From Dendrobates tinctorius (lineage: Eukaryota): a stretch of DNA of 64,000 nt. Positions 13,591 through 25,662 of this stretch are shown piece after piece. The position numbers and the translations under genes were made by a program. Where the stretch lies: positions 3,968,001 through 4,032,000 of the forward strand of contig NW_027361695.1 in assembly GCF_039654945.1 (NCBI RefSeq), in the 5' to 3' direction. The notes beneath the pieces were generated by a model. The model made no database searches. It saw nothing but the letters and a program-made list of their open reading frames with translations, and was not told the DNA's origin. Position 1 is the first letter of the stretch; the number at the start of each line of letters is the position of its first letter.

Positions 13591-15972
13591 ACAATACATA
13601 ATATATATCTACATAATAAATGCACACACATATAGTACATAATCTATATAAATACACACAGAGTACATAATATGCATTTGCACATGACACACGGCCATCC
13701 CTCCATGCTGTAGATACAGTATATTTCCCCGCACATAGGGCAGGGCCCGGGCCCCGGGCGTCTCACAGCTGCTGCTCCCTCCATCGCTCCCTCTCTTCAG
13801 GCTGGAGTTGCCGGTGGGTGTGGCGTGGGCGGGGTCTCCGGTGATTGATGGGTCCCATGTGAGAGTGTCGCCTGCCGCCCCTGCCCGTGCTTTAGGAATG
13901 TAGTGATCACATTTGCGGTGCTCAGCGCTGAGTGCAGAAGGCGGGGAGAGCTCCGTTTGCTCGGCCTGCGGCTCCGGGGCTCTCACACTGCACGGGCTGC
14001 TACTGGTGTACGCGGCGCGGATCGCTGCTCCGGAGACACCTGGACTTGCAGGAGGTCTCAGCGCTCTCCGTCCAGGAGGAGGGACATGCAGCATCTCTGG
14101 GGTGACTGACTGTGACACTGGATGGGAAAGTTTCACACTGGATGGGACAGACTGTCTGTCTGTCGACCAATCAGCAACGGGGATCGGCTGGGCTCGACCA
14201 ATCAGCGACGCGGGATTTCGGTTACAGACAGACATAATAAGACAATTATATATATAGATTGTAAAAGCGATTAAGTCACCTAGGAAAATTAATAAAAAAA
14301 ATGAGGAAAAAAAAAAGGAAAATATTTTAAAATTTAAATATATAAAATTAATTTCACTTCGTTTTTTCAAAATGTGAAACAAAAATTCTAAAATGCATAT
14401 TTAGTAATTCCACATACGTAACTATGTGAAACCATACAAAACAGGAAAAAAAAAAATTGCTGTTTTTTATTCACCTTTTTCCACCTCACCCCAAAAAAAT
14501 GGAATAAAAAGTGTATAAAAGTGGTATGAACCCTTAAATAATAATGAAATAAAATTCGAAATGATAAAAAAAAAAGGAAATTCTATTTACTTCACCTCAC
14601 AAAAAAAAAAATGGAATAAAAAGATCAGAAAGTTGTATGGTCCAGTGGTAACGGTAAATACTACAGCTGGTACCGCAAGAAAAAAAAAAAAGCCTCTTGT
14701 GGAGGAAAGGAAATCAAAAGTGAAAAGGGGCCCACTGGAACTCAACCACAGGAGAAAAAAATAAAAATTTGGAGCTGGCCCTAATTTTAAGTGTGTAAAA
14801 TGGAGGGTCTGGTCCTCATCTGGTAAAAGATAGTGTAGGCCTCGTTGTCAGTAGCAACCAATCAGTGCTCAGCTTTCATTTGACCAGAGCAAATAACTAG
14901 ATGAAAGCTGCACTGTGATTGGTTGCTATGGGCAACAAGGGCCACTTTACTGTATTAGACAGTTTAGATATTTTCCATTTTTGTCACCAAAATAAAGGCC
15001 TTCCAGTCATTGTAAAACCACAGCTCCCAGCATGGGCCTGACAGGAATGTGCTGGGAGTTGTAGCTTTCCAGAAGGTGGAGAGCTAGAGATGGCAGAGCA
15101 CCGTTTTCCACAGACATTTATAGATAATAATCGGCGTTATGTTGCATCATTTAGGGAGGTGACTTACAAGGGTTTCACACCAGATCATTTTTCCTGTCCT
15201 TGCCTTTCACATTTACGTCAATCGGCAGCTAATGGCGTCCCTATTTTTTTCAGAAGGAAGAGCAATGTCGGTGATATCACTAACTTAATTACTGTGATTT
15301 TTTTTATTTTTCCGTCAACATGAGGACATGTGTTATTTTTTTGTGGGTGTGGGACCCTTCATTTTACCATATAATTTACTGAAAACGGGAGGAAAATTTT
15401 CAAGTGCAACAAAAAAGTGAAAAAAAAAGCAATTCCGTAATTTTTTTTTTTTTAAATGACTTGGTATTATGATTCCCAAGATCAGTGTGATTAAGGCAAT
15501 ACCAATTTTGCATAGTTTTTTTTTTTTATTATTTAAAAGGTGACATAAATTCAGAAAAAAATAAAAAATGTTCACCATTTTCTGAGACCTGTAACTTCTT
15601 TACTTTTCTGTCTATGGAGATTGTCTATTTTTTGCATGGCGAGATGTAGTTTTTATTTGTATTATTTTGGGGTATGTCCAATTTTTTTTTATCGCTCTTA
15701 TTGCAAAATTTATCAAGCGAAAAAATGGCAATTTGTCATTTCAATCATTATACAGAAATGTGATATTTTTTTTTTTTTTTTTTTTTTAACCGTTCAACAA
15801 CAACAAAAAAAGTCACATTGGAAACTATTTTCAGACCCGCAGAATACAGCAATACCTTAGCATAACACAACCCGCACCTGCGATAGGATATAATTGGATG
15901 TCTTACATCGAGGAAGGGGTTAAACAGATACTGCAAGAGTAAATTTCTGCAAAGATTTGCAAGGACTGTTAA

Positions 15973-16437
15973 AGGGAATCTGTCACAGGAAGTTGGCGGG
16001 CCTATGTAAATGGCCTGTGTCCGGTCCGATGGGCGGTGTTTCTTCTTTTTTTCTCCACCCCATCCGTGGCCCCCGTCCGCAATCTTTTCCGGAATTCTAG
16101 TAGTTCTACTCCATAGTTCGTGCTTGCGCAAAGCAATCTTGATTCGCGCACGCGCAGTATGCTTTGCCTAACTGCGGGCAAAGCCGAAAATCATTACTGC
16201 GCATGCACCGGTAAACTATGTTCCGGAAGTATTTAGCTGTGTTCCGGGACATAGTGTACCAGGGCATGCACAGTAATGATTTTTGGCTTTGCCCGCAGTT
16301 GGGCAAAGCATACTGCGCGTGCGCGAATCAAGATTGCTTTGCACAAGCGCGAACTATGAAGTAGAACTACTAGAATTCCGGAAAAGATCGCAGACGGGGG
16401 CCACGGATGGGGTGGAGAAAAAAGAAGAAAGACCGCC
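15973..16437. mobile_element. Palindromic T2/Kolobok-like MITE, right end missing
   Basis: TTAA-AGGGAATCTGTCA left end; inverted arms about 16030-16215 and 16265-16437. Confidence 0.6.
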
Positions 16438-17216
16438 TCGCGTTTTTACAACACTTCATGAAAATCACGACAAAAAAAAAACCAAGGATCCATTGTGTGA
16501 ACATGGCTTTAGTTTATGCCCAGACTTTTTTTTAGAGGCATTCAAATATGACAAGAGGAAACAACTTCAGGATACACTCCTTTATTGGAAAATGTTTGGT
16601 TTCCTTTTTTTTTTTTTGCATCCTTTTGATATATGTAAAATTTGGAGAGAGGAATCCGCTTCAGAGAAGTGACATGCACTTCTTTTTTTTTTTGACTGGC
16701 GTTATTCAAAAACTGGAAGAGGAAAAAAAAAAAAAGCTGAAAAACCTGAACTTGTGAGCAGCAAAGTAGGAATTTTTAAGGTGTTTTTTTTTTAGCTGAT
16801 CCGCTGCAAAAAACAACTCTTCAAAGAACTCTATGTGAATATACCCTTAAAAGGAAGCAATCATCAGAAAATGATCTATTGATTAAATCAGGTTTTTGTG
16901 TTAAAAGTTTTTATTTTTTAAATTTGTCCATGTTTTATTTTTTGCATATCACAATCTGTATTAAAAATATTAAAGATAAATCTTGCAAATTTTCCCCCAG
17001 GGACTTTGTGTGATTGCTGGATCCTGTGTTGACAAATGTATATAGAGGTGTTTTCCTTTCATTGTAATCCTGTCTTTGATGATAATGAGACTGCTCAAAA
17101 CTTTTCTTGAAAAAGTTAAAAAGTATAAGTCTAAAATATCCCCATTTGGTAAAGTGAAATTTACAAAATTACTAATTTTGTTTTTATAATTTGCAAAAAC
17201 TTTTTAAAAGTACATA

Positions 17217-18821
17217 CAGTGGGGAAAAAAAGTATTTAGTCAGTCAGCAATAGTGCAAGTTCCACCACTTAAAAAGATGAGAGGCGTCTGTAATTTACAT
17301 CATAGGTAGACCTCAACTATGGGAGACAAACTGAGAAAAAAAAATCCAGAAAATCACATTGTCTGTTTTTTTTTCATTTTATTTGCATATTATGGTGGAA
17401 AATAAGTATTTGGTCAGAAACAAAATTTCATCTCAATACTTTGTGATATATCCTTTGTTGGCAATGACAGAGGTCAAACGTTTTCTGTAAGTCTTCACAA
17501 GGTTGCCACACACTGTTGTTGGTATGTTGGCCCATTCCTCCATGCAGATCTCCTCTAGAGCAGTGATGTTTTTGGCTTTTCGCTTGGCAACACGGACTTT
17601 CAACTCCCTCCAAAGGTTTTCTATAGGGTTGAGATCTGGAGACTAGCTAGGCCACTCCAGGACCTTGAAATGCTTCTTACGAAGCCACTCCTTCTTTGCC
17701 CTGGCGGTGTGCTTTGGATCATTGTCATGTTGAAAGACCCAGCCACGTTTCATCTTCAATGCCCTTGCTGATGGAAGGAGGTTTGCACTCAAAATCTCAC
17801 GATACATGGCCCCATTCATTCTTTCATGTACCCGGATCAGTCGTCCTGGCCCCTTTGCAGAGAAACAGCCCCAAAGCATGATGTTTCCACCACCATGCTT
17901 TACAGTAGGTATGGTGTTTGATGGATGCAACTCAGTATTCTTTTTCCTCCAAACACGACAAGTTGTGTTTCTACCAAACAGTTCCAGTTTGGTTTCATCA
18001 GACCATAGGACATTCTCCCAAAACTCCTCTGGATCATCCAAATGCTCTCTAGCAAACTTCAGATGGGCCCGGACATGTACAGGCTTAAGCAGTGGGACAC
18101 GTCTGGCACTGCAGGATCTGAGTCCATGGTGGCGTAGTGTGTTACTTATGGTAGGCCTTGTTACATTGGTCCCAGCTCTCTGCAGTTCATTCACTAGGTC
18201 CCCCCGCGTGGTTCTGGGATTTTTGCTCACCGTTCTTGTGATCATTCTGACCCCACGGGGTGGGATTTTGCGTGGAGCACCAGATCGAGGGAGATTATCA
18301 GTGGTCTTGTATGTCTTCCATTTTCTAATTATTGCTCCCACAGTTGATTTCTTCACTCCAAGTTGGTTGGCTATTGCAGATTCACTCTTCCCAGCCTGGT
18401 GCAGGGCTAAAATTTTGTTTCTGGTGTCCTTTGACAGCTCTTTGGTCTTCACCATAGTGGAGTTTGGAGTCAGACTGTTTGAGGGTGTGCACAGGTGTCT
18501 TTTTATACTGATAACAAGTTTAAACAGGTGCCATTACTACAGGTAATGAGTGGAGGAAAGAGGAGACTCTTAAAGAAGAAGTTACAGGTCTGTGAGAGCC
18601 AGAAATCTTGATTGCTTGTTTCTGACCAAATACTTATTTTCCACCATGATATGCAAATAAAATGAAAAAAAACAGACAATGTGATTTTCTGGATTTTTTT
18701 TTCTCAGTTTGTCTCCCATAGTTGAGGTCTACCTATGATGTAAATTACAGACGCCTCTCATCTTTTTAAGTGGTGGAACTTGCACTATTGCTGACTGACT
18801 AAATACTTTTTTTCCCCACTG
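17217..18821 (-). mobile_element. Tc1 transposon, young full-length copy
   Basis: TA flanks, near-identical TIRs of about 200 bp starting CAGTGGGGAAAAAAAGTATTTAGTCAG; same family as 8528-10136 in the opposite orientation. Confidence 0.96.
17433..18455 (-). pseudogene. Tc1 DD34E transposase (340 codons) with one premature stop
   Basis: [10 protein letters not shown]...WSDETK...QHDNDPKH...[17 protein letters not shown]...KGYITKY-TGA; TAG at 17643-17645 where the other copy has CAG. Confidence 0.92.
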
Positions 18822-19185
18822 TATAACACAACAACCTGATTTAAAGGGAACCTGTCGTGTCCCCAATTGCTATTAACCTGCAGATATAGAGTTAATCTGC
18901 AGGTTCATAGAATTTCAATGTTGTCCGGCCTCCTTACTGAAAGCGCAGCTACCGGGAGAAAATTAATTTTATTCCTCCAAGGAGGCGCTGGCTTTCAGCC
19001 CTTATCACCATGCCAAATTAGCTTCAGTCTCTGCTCATAAAGTGATTCCCAGTCGTATGCCATTACTTTATGAGATGGGACTGCCCCTTTGAATATGTCA
19101 TTTGTTGGGGATGGAGGGGGGGGTTAATTCTTGGAAGTTTTGCCATTAGTCCATAATGTCATCTGTGCCTTTTTTTTTCCCGCAG

Positions 19186-19311
19186 ACCCCATTTTTTGGG
19201 AAAAGAATGCACCACACCTGTCCATGTCTGCCAAACCTGGCCTGTACAAAGCTGGATGACGCCACGTATAAATGTTTGCCGTTCCTAAAGAGCAATGATA
19301 TATATTTTTAA
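19186..19311 (+). CDS. PROK2: Prokineticin-2 last coding exon
   Basis: Acceptor [59 protein letters not shown] completes the 10-Cys fold; PROK2 rather than PROK1 from [17 protein letters not shown] and adjacency to GPR27/EIF4E3. Confidence 0.94.
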   Translation, partial: [41 protein letters not shown]

Positions 19312-19799
19312 GAGGTTCCAGCGACGAAGGAAATGCGACTGTGAAGGATGGACTTCTGCTGCCAAAAGTTTTAAAGTTTTTTGCAAACTTTCCCCCCCCC
19401 ATGTCAAAAGCTAAAGACGCATTAAAATAGCGAGCCTTGGCTGACAGCAGCCAATCAGAGCTCAGCATTTCTGTCTGTTATTTGCACAGAATAGTGATAC
19501 CTGATTGGTTTCTGTTGGCATTAGAAGCACGGCAGTTTCACCCTAAATGTAGATGGGCACAAATGCAAAGAAAAAGGGTGTCCAATGAACTCGGTGGGCA
19601 ACATTGTATTCAATTGATGCCGATATTAGAGCCAAACTAGACGATACAGGGGTGTTCTATTCATGTTCAGGGGATCCATCACTACTCGTCATGTGTCCTA
19701 ATGATACATACAAAGTATACTAAGCGATATCTAGCCAAAATCAATGCCAAGAAGATGACATTGGTGAGATCTCCGCTGGTTCCCAGGATGAGAGAGCCG

Positions 19800-19805
19800 A
19801 ATAAA
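19800..19805 (+). terminator. Candidate PROK2 polyadenylation signal
   Basis: AATAAA about 490 nt after the stop codon. Confidence 0.4.
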
Positions 19806-20002
19806 GAAGTGTAATCTCTTTGGTATGGCACACAGATTCATGGTGAAACCTGACAGTCATTGATCTGCCTGGCCTTTAGCTTAAGCGGACCATACACATT
19901 AACCCCTTAAAGAGCAGGAGATTTTTCATTTTTTTGCTTTCGTTTTTTTCCCCTCCCTTTATTCCTAAAGCCATGACTTTTTTTTCTGTCCACATAGCAC
20001 AA

Positions 20003-20345
20003 GTTGCGGATTTTTCCGCGCGGATTCTGCAGAATCCGCAGGTAAAATGACCTAATTTTTTTACCTGCGGATTTATTGTGGGTTTGACCTGCGTTTTTAC
20101 ACCTGCGGATTCCTATAATGGAATGGGTGTAAAAACGCTGCGGAATCCGCACAAAGAATTGAAATGCTGTGAAATAATATTAAACCGCTGCGTTTCTGCG
20201 CTGAATTTTCCGCAGCATGTGCACAGCGGATTTTGTTTTCCATAGGTTTACATGGTACTGTACACCGCATGGAAAACTGCTGTGGATCCGCAGGGCCAAA
20301 TCCGCTGCGCATCCGCAGATAAATCCGTAATGTGTGCACATACCC
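20003..20345. mobile_element. Harbinger-type MITE fragment (CCGCAG-rich family)
   Basis: Right end GTGTGCACATACCC-TTA; similar to 48515-48851. Confidence 0.6.
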
Positions 20346-21134
20346 TTAAAGGGAATCCGTCACCAAAGTCACCCAATCATGTTTGGAAAACTATTGACAC
20401 CCCTGACAATGATCAGAATGAAGGTTGCTTGGGTTTCCGCACCAACTTTCTTCTACTTATGATGGTCTTATTAGGGTCTGTCTGATAACAGAAATCCTAC
20501 AATGTAGCAGAATCCATGACGATTGTATCAATGATTGTGAGCCAGTATTTATTTGTAAATATAGTGGATATTAGATTGTAGATTATGAATAGTATGGAAT
20601 TATTTTACATTGGTAAAGTCATGTATAAACCTCCGGTAATCCGCCATGTCGTGCTCTGTATTTCATCACTCTATGTTTATACTGCGGTGTAACAATTCTG
20701 TATCAGAATGACAACATCGTCCCTTCTTATGTCATCGTCCTGGATTCCTGTTTGGCGACATCCTTCTTTATTAAATGACTCGTGTAAGAGGCGACATCTT
20801 CTGTACGGCGCCGTGAAGTATGATGGCGCCATAGAAAGAAATAGTAATAAATTATAAGAACTGATTATTTAACAACTCCAATCAACTGGCATGTATTAAT
20901 TCTGCGTTGTAAAACAGAAACTTTGTGAAGATGAAGGAAAATGATTCGAAAGTATAAGATGAATTTATGTAAAAGTCGTTTTTAAAGCGAATGTCAACAT
21001 TTTAACTCTATGGCAACTTGTTGGATGAACGCTCTGTCAGAAGAACGAGCCTACATAGATCCACCAGGTTCTTCTCCGCCATTATCTTGATAGTATCAAG
21101 CCATCGGGTTGTTGGTCCCCCTCTTCCCCTAGTT

Positions 21135-23074
21135 CAGGGGTGGGCAATTAATTTTGCTATGGGGACGCATTAGAAATTGGGATGGTTTCAGAGGGCAGGA
21201 CTAATATATGTCATGGTCACGTGTGACTGGACACACCGCCTCCAGCAGGGCAAATTTATATGACACGCGTGACCCTGGATACACCGCCTCCAGCAGGGCG
21301 AATTTAAATAATAAAACGTGCAGCCGGATATACCGCAGGGCGAATTTCAGAATAAGGGGGAAAACCAGGAAAACAATTACAATGGTGGCTCTGCGATAGG
21401 GAACAGGGACGTGGAGACCTCCTGCACTCCCCTGAGTCAGTGTCTCTACACTCCTAACGATCCCTAGGCCGGTTCCGCACCGGGCGCCGATCAGGATACC
21501 TGAAATCCTTAGCTCACCCTAAACCAATCCCTTATTAGTAAAGTGGACGGTGCAGAAACTAATCCCACCACTGCACTAAAACACACATTGAGGAAAGTGA
21601 CAAACAGGGAAACACCACTTAGCTTTGCTCTTTTGCTAATGCTCCAAGCAACAGAGTCCGACACCTGAGTGCATCTTTTCCTCCAACCGAATCCAACACC
21701 TGAGTGCAGCTTTCCAGCAACAGAGTCCCGCATCTGAATGCAGCTCTCCAGCAACAGAGTCCAGCATCCGAGTGCAGCTTTCCAGCAACAGAGTCCAGCA
21801 TCTGAGTGCAGCTTTCCAGCAACAGAGTCCAGAATCTGAGTGCAGCTCTCTTCCAGCAACAGAGTCCAGCATCTGAGTGCAGCTTTCACCATAGCTGCCA
21901 CTCCACCAAGCTTTGCAAGAACTCCTCGCTGACACCATAGCTGCCACTCCACCAAGCTTTGCAAGAACTCCACACTGACACCATAGCTGCCACTCCTCCA
22001 AGCTTTCCAAGAACTCCTCGCTGACACCATAGCTGCCACTCCAGGATTCTGACTGGGCTGTTCGGGACTCTTCTCAAGTTCCTTCCATCACCAAGGATGG
22101 TTGGAAAAGACCAATATCACCAACAGTGAGTGAGAACACCTGGCACACATTTATAGTTAGGAGCCAGAGTCTCACACCTGTTAGAGATTCCCGTGCAATA
22201 ACGCTCACCACCACCGGGGGCAAACTAGATCAAAAGACACCACTGTGTAATAACCCTAATGGCCACCGGGGGCAAAACCAACTCTAAGCAACCAGCTCAA
22301 AGGGAAAAAGGGTTACTTAATCAAAACGTGTCATATCCAAACTGAATCATGACAATATAATTATCTCAGTTGTACCCAATACTATATATGTATATAATAT
22401 ATAGTATACATATGCTCTTTTCATAAACAAACAGTATGTTAAACAATGCAAAGATTTACAATACAATTTAAATATAGAGGACCTAATTACATCTTTATTT
22501 AATGATGAGATGATGAACTGCAACCAGCTTGTGATTGTTCACTTTAATTGTTAACTTTAACAGTGTTAAAGTTAACTCTACCCAGAGTCCCAGACCCTGG
22601 CCTGACGTAAACACCCAGTCCAGACCCAAACACCCAGTCCAGACCCAGTCTAAAGTAATTGGTGCTAGCCTTACGTTGCACCACAGTGTCACTGGTCTGC
22701 TTGCAGCAGTATAGATCACACCACGCCTCCACGCCCGCACGTTTTAGCAGAGTTGGAGGCGTGGTGTGATGTATAATGCTGCAAGCAGACGCCCCCAATG
22801 GCATCTACGCAGCCCTCTCTCAGACCACGCTCCCCTCCAGCCTCAACCAGTCAGCGCCGCAGGTCTGGTGTGTGGGCGGTGCGCTGGAGGCAATGTTTCT
22901 GTGCCGCTCTCAGGAGGTCGGGGTGCGCTCCGCTCACCGCCGCGTCTGCCGGGACTCCTCTGCTTTCTGCTTTCCTCTTGAATGATTCATGAGGAAAGCA
23001 GGAACCGGAGGAGTCTCGGACCCCTCCGCGGGCTGGTCACAGGCAGTGGGCAGGCCGCCCCTTACCCAGGTCTG
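21135..23074. mobile_element. Non-autonomous hAT element
   Basis: Ends CAGGGGTGGGCAA / TTACCCAGGTCTG; exact 8-bp TSD CCCTAGTT at 21127-21134 and 23075-23082. Confidence 0.85.
21209..22354. mobile_element. Solo LTR with internal 34-bp and 45-bp tandem repeats
   Basis: TGTCATG...CATGACA termini, 5-bp TSD ATATA at 21204-21208 and 22355-22359; tandem repeats at about 21650-22045. Confidence 0.8.
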
Positions 23075-23599
23075 CCCTAGTTCCTTCTATTCTTCTGACC
23101 ATGATGTCCTTCTGCAGTGATTGCTCTCTTCGCATGATGTGTCCAAAATAGACAAGTCGTAGCTTGGTGATCCTTGCTCCGAGTGACATCTTTGGCTTGA
23201 TTTGTCCCAAAATTGATTTATTTGTTCCCATCCATGGTATTGATAACATCCTTCTCCAGCACCACATTTCGAAAGCATCGACGCTGAATTATGACCACAG
23301 GCCACATCAAAGTTGAATGTGCAGGGAAATGTGCAAAAGCCTGCAAAAAGCCAAAAAAATGAAATACATGCATTTATCTAAAGAAAACTCCCTAAAGTCT
23401 AAAATTCTGCCCTTATTTTTATAACATATCTTACAGTGTAGAGCTCAGTTTTTTTCCTGATATACAGCTCCAAAATTGTATATTGCCTGTACCACTGCTA
23501 CAGAAAGTTCAAGAGCGGATTCACTAGTTGTCATACATCGGTTATTCATACCTTCTTTATCTAGGCTAACAGCTTCCTCCACCGTCCTGGAATGAATCG

Positions 23600-23830
23600 T
23601 CTTCAGGGGCCAGCGCTGGTATCACTCACCCTGCTTCTAGCACCGCTCCCTCATGACGATTCATTTCAGGGTGGTGATAGAAGCTGTGGGACGATGTTGC
23701 TATCCCTCACCCTGCTTCTAGCACTGCTCCTTCATGACGATTCATTTCAGGGTGGTGATAGAAGCTATGCGGTGATGATACTGTCACTCACCCTGCTTCT
23801 ATCACCGCCCCCTGATGATGTCTCGATGAC
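23600..23830. repeat. 81-bp tandem repeat, about 3 copies
   Basis: TCACTCACCCTGCTTCTA-like segment at 23622, 23703 and 23784. Confidence 0.8.
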
Positions 23831-24651
23831 GATAAGAGGTGGCAGTGTTAGAGGAAGGGACTGTGGTGGCAACTGAAAATGTGGGTGGTGAGGACAGATG
23901 AAGTGTGCCAGTGGCCAATGAAGATGTGGTCACTTCTCCATCACCATGTCTGAACCAGAAAGTCATCAGGTGACGGAGATGATGGAAACTGTGGTAAGTG
24001 ACTGTAGTGAGACCCGCTGATGATGTCCTGTTTCTGGATGGGCTGATAGAAGTTGCGGGAAGTGACTGCAGAGTCATCCTCCCATGATGTCCCTTTTGAA
24101 GCTGCCCTTAAATGTAACATTACAGGAAGTAAAAGTAGTAGAAGTGTAGAGTATTTTTTAATAATGCTTAGTGCAAATGTGGTTAGAGGATATAGAAAGG
24201 GCATTATAGATTTCAGACAACCCTTTTAAACTTTGGCAACATATGGCTTCTACAGTGCTTTTTTTTCCCAAAACATTACTGGCTGCAGAATGACTTAACT
24301 GAGAATTGATTAGTGAACTCCTCATGATGGTCAGTTTATATCTCCCCTACCTGTGTTTTCCTGAACGCCCCCGTTCTGATTTATGACCACAGATGATGTG
24401 AAAGTTGAGCTGAACTTTGATTTCATAAATCAGATCTCAACTAGATTGTCCTAATCTCCTCACTATATATTAATAGCAAAACCAAAAAATGAGCAAAGAG
24501 GTGCTACAAAAATTCTCATAGAAGGAAAATACTTTATTAAAATAACAAAAATAAATAAACATATTAGTAAAAGGCAGAGTAACTCACTGGGGGATACAAA
24601 AACATACTTGTTGTAGTATGTATCAATTACAGATTGCACCTATAGTCTAAA

Positions 24652-25496
24652 GGGCCTGTCACACTAAGCGATATCTCTAGCAATATCGCTATAGCGTCAC
24701 TGGTTTTTGTGAGGTTATAGCGATATCGCTAGCGATATTGCTATGTCTGATACTTACCTCCGACCGCTCCCCCGCTGGTTATCGCTGATCGCGCGAGAAC
24801 GTTCTGGACCGTTTCTCGTTGTCAGCTTCCTGCTGGGCTTCCTGTGGAGAGGCGAGCGACGAGCGTGGACACGGGCGGGAGGACGTCAGGATTGCCTAGT
24901 GTGACATGTTAGTAGCGACCCCCGTCCTCTGCGATGTCGCTGGTGAGATCTGCCTGTGTGGCAGCTCACTAGCGACCACTTAGTGATGCACCAGCGATCC
25001 TGACCGCGTCATATCGCTGGTCGGGATCGCTGGTGCATCGCTAAGGCTAGTTTCACACTAGCGTTTTTGAGCGCAGCGACGGCCTGCGCATGGCCGCCGC
25101 TAAGCCCCGCCCCCTGCCGCACCTCCGCCAGTAGCTCCGCCTACCGGCGCATGACGCTGCATGCGCCCCCTATCTTTATCACTGGGGGCACAGGCCGTGC
25201 GCAGTATGCGTTTGGCGGCGCATGCGTCCTTTTGACGGTGCGCCGACCTGCGCCAAACGCAACCTGCTGCAGTTTGGTTGCGCCGGCGCACCGTCAAAAA
25301 GGCGCATGCGCCGCCAAACGCATACTGCGCACGGCCTGCGCCCCCAGTGATAAAGATAGGGGACGCAGGGCACATGCCCCGGTAGGCGGAGCTACCGGCG
25401 GAGGCGCGGCAGGGGCGGGGCTTAGCGGCGGCCATGCGCAGGCCGTCGCTGCGCTCAAAAATGCTAGTGTGAAACTAGCCTTAGTGTGACAGTACC
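24652..25496. mobile_element. Harbinger-type MITE carrying a nested MITE
   Basis: TIRs GGGCCTGTCACACTAAGCGAT / GTGTGACAGTACC; right TIR interrupted at 25045. Confidence 0.75.
25045..25480. mobile_element. Near-perfect palindromic Harbinger-type MITE
   Basis: GGCTAGTTTCACACTAGC / GCTAGTGTGAAACTAGCC, TAA/TTA flanks; the 436 bp are self-complementary. Confidence 0.85.
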
Positions 25497-25590
25497 TTAA
25501 GTCCCAGTGAATAGAAAGGCAAGAAAATGATTGTTGGTATAACTTACACGATACTATAGTTGAGACCTGGTTTGTAGTGTAGCCCTTGCA

Positions 25591-25662
25591 CCCCAAAGCG
25601 CATTTCACCCAGCTTCATCAGGGGGGTAGGTCCCCCTGATGAAGCTGGGTGAAACGTGCGTT
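25591..25662. ncRNA. Inverted pair of Penelope-type minimal hammerhead ribozyme motifs
   Basis: Minus 25626-25591: CCCCC-CTGATGA-AGCTGGGT-GAAA-TGCGCTTT-GGGG; plus 25632-25662: CCCC-CTGATGA-AGCTGGGT-GAAA-CGTGCGTT. Confidence 0.6.

Larger units (their letters stand above)
20990..23290 (-). mobile_element. RTE-clade LINE 3' fragment, split by a hAT insertion
   Basis: Minus frame DAFEMWCWRRMLSIPW...YFGHIMRRE...IEGTR (23290-23075) resumes left of 21134 with a RGGPTTRWLDTIK-like segment; outer limits approximate. Confidence 0.75.

Noticed and set aside
13609-14382. 257-aa minus-strand ORF in a GC-rich patch
   Set aside because: No recognisable domain or splice support; it lies in repeat-like sequence next to a minisatellite
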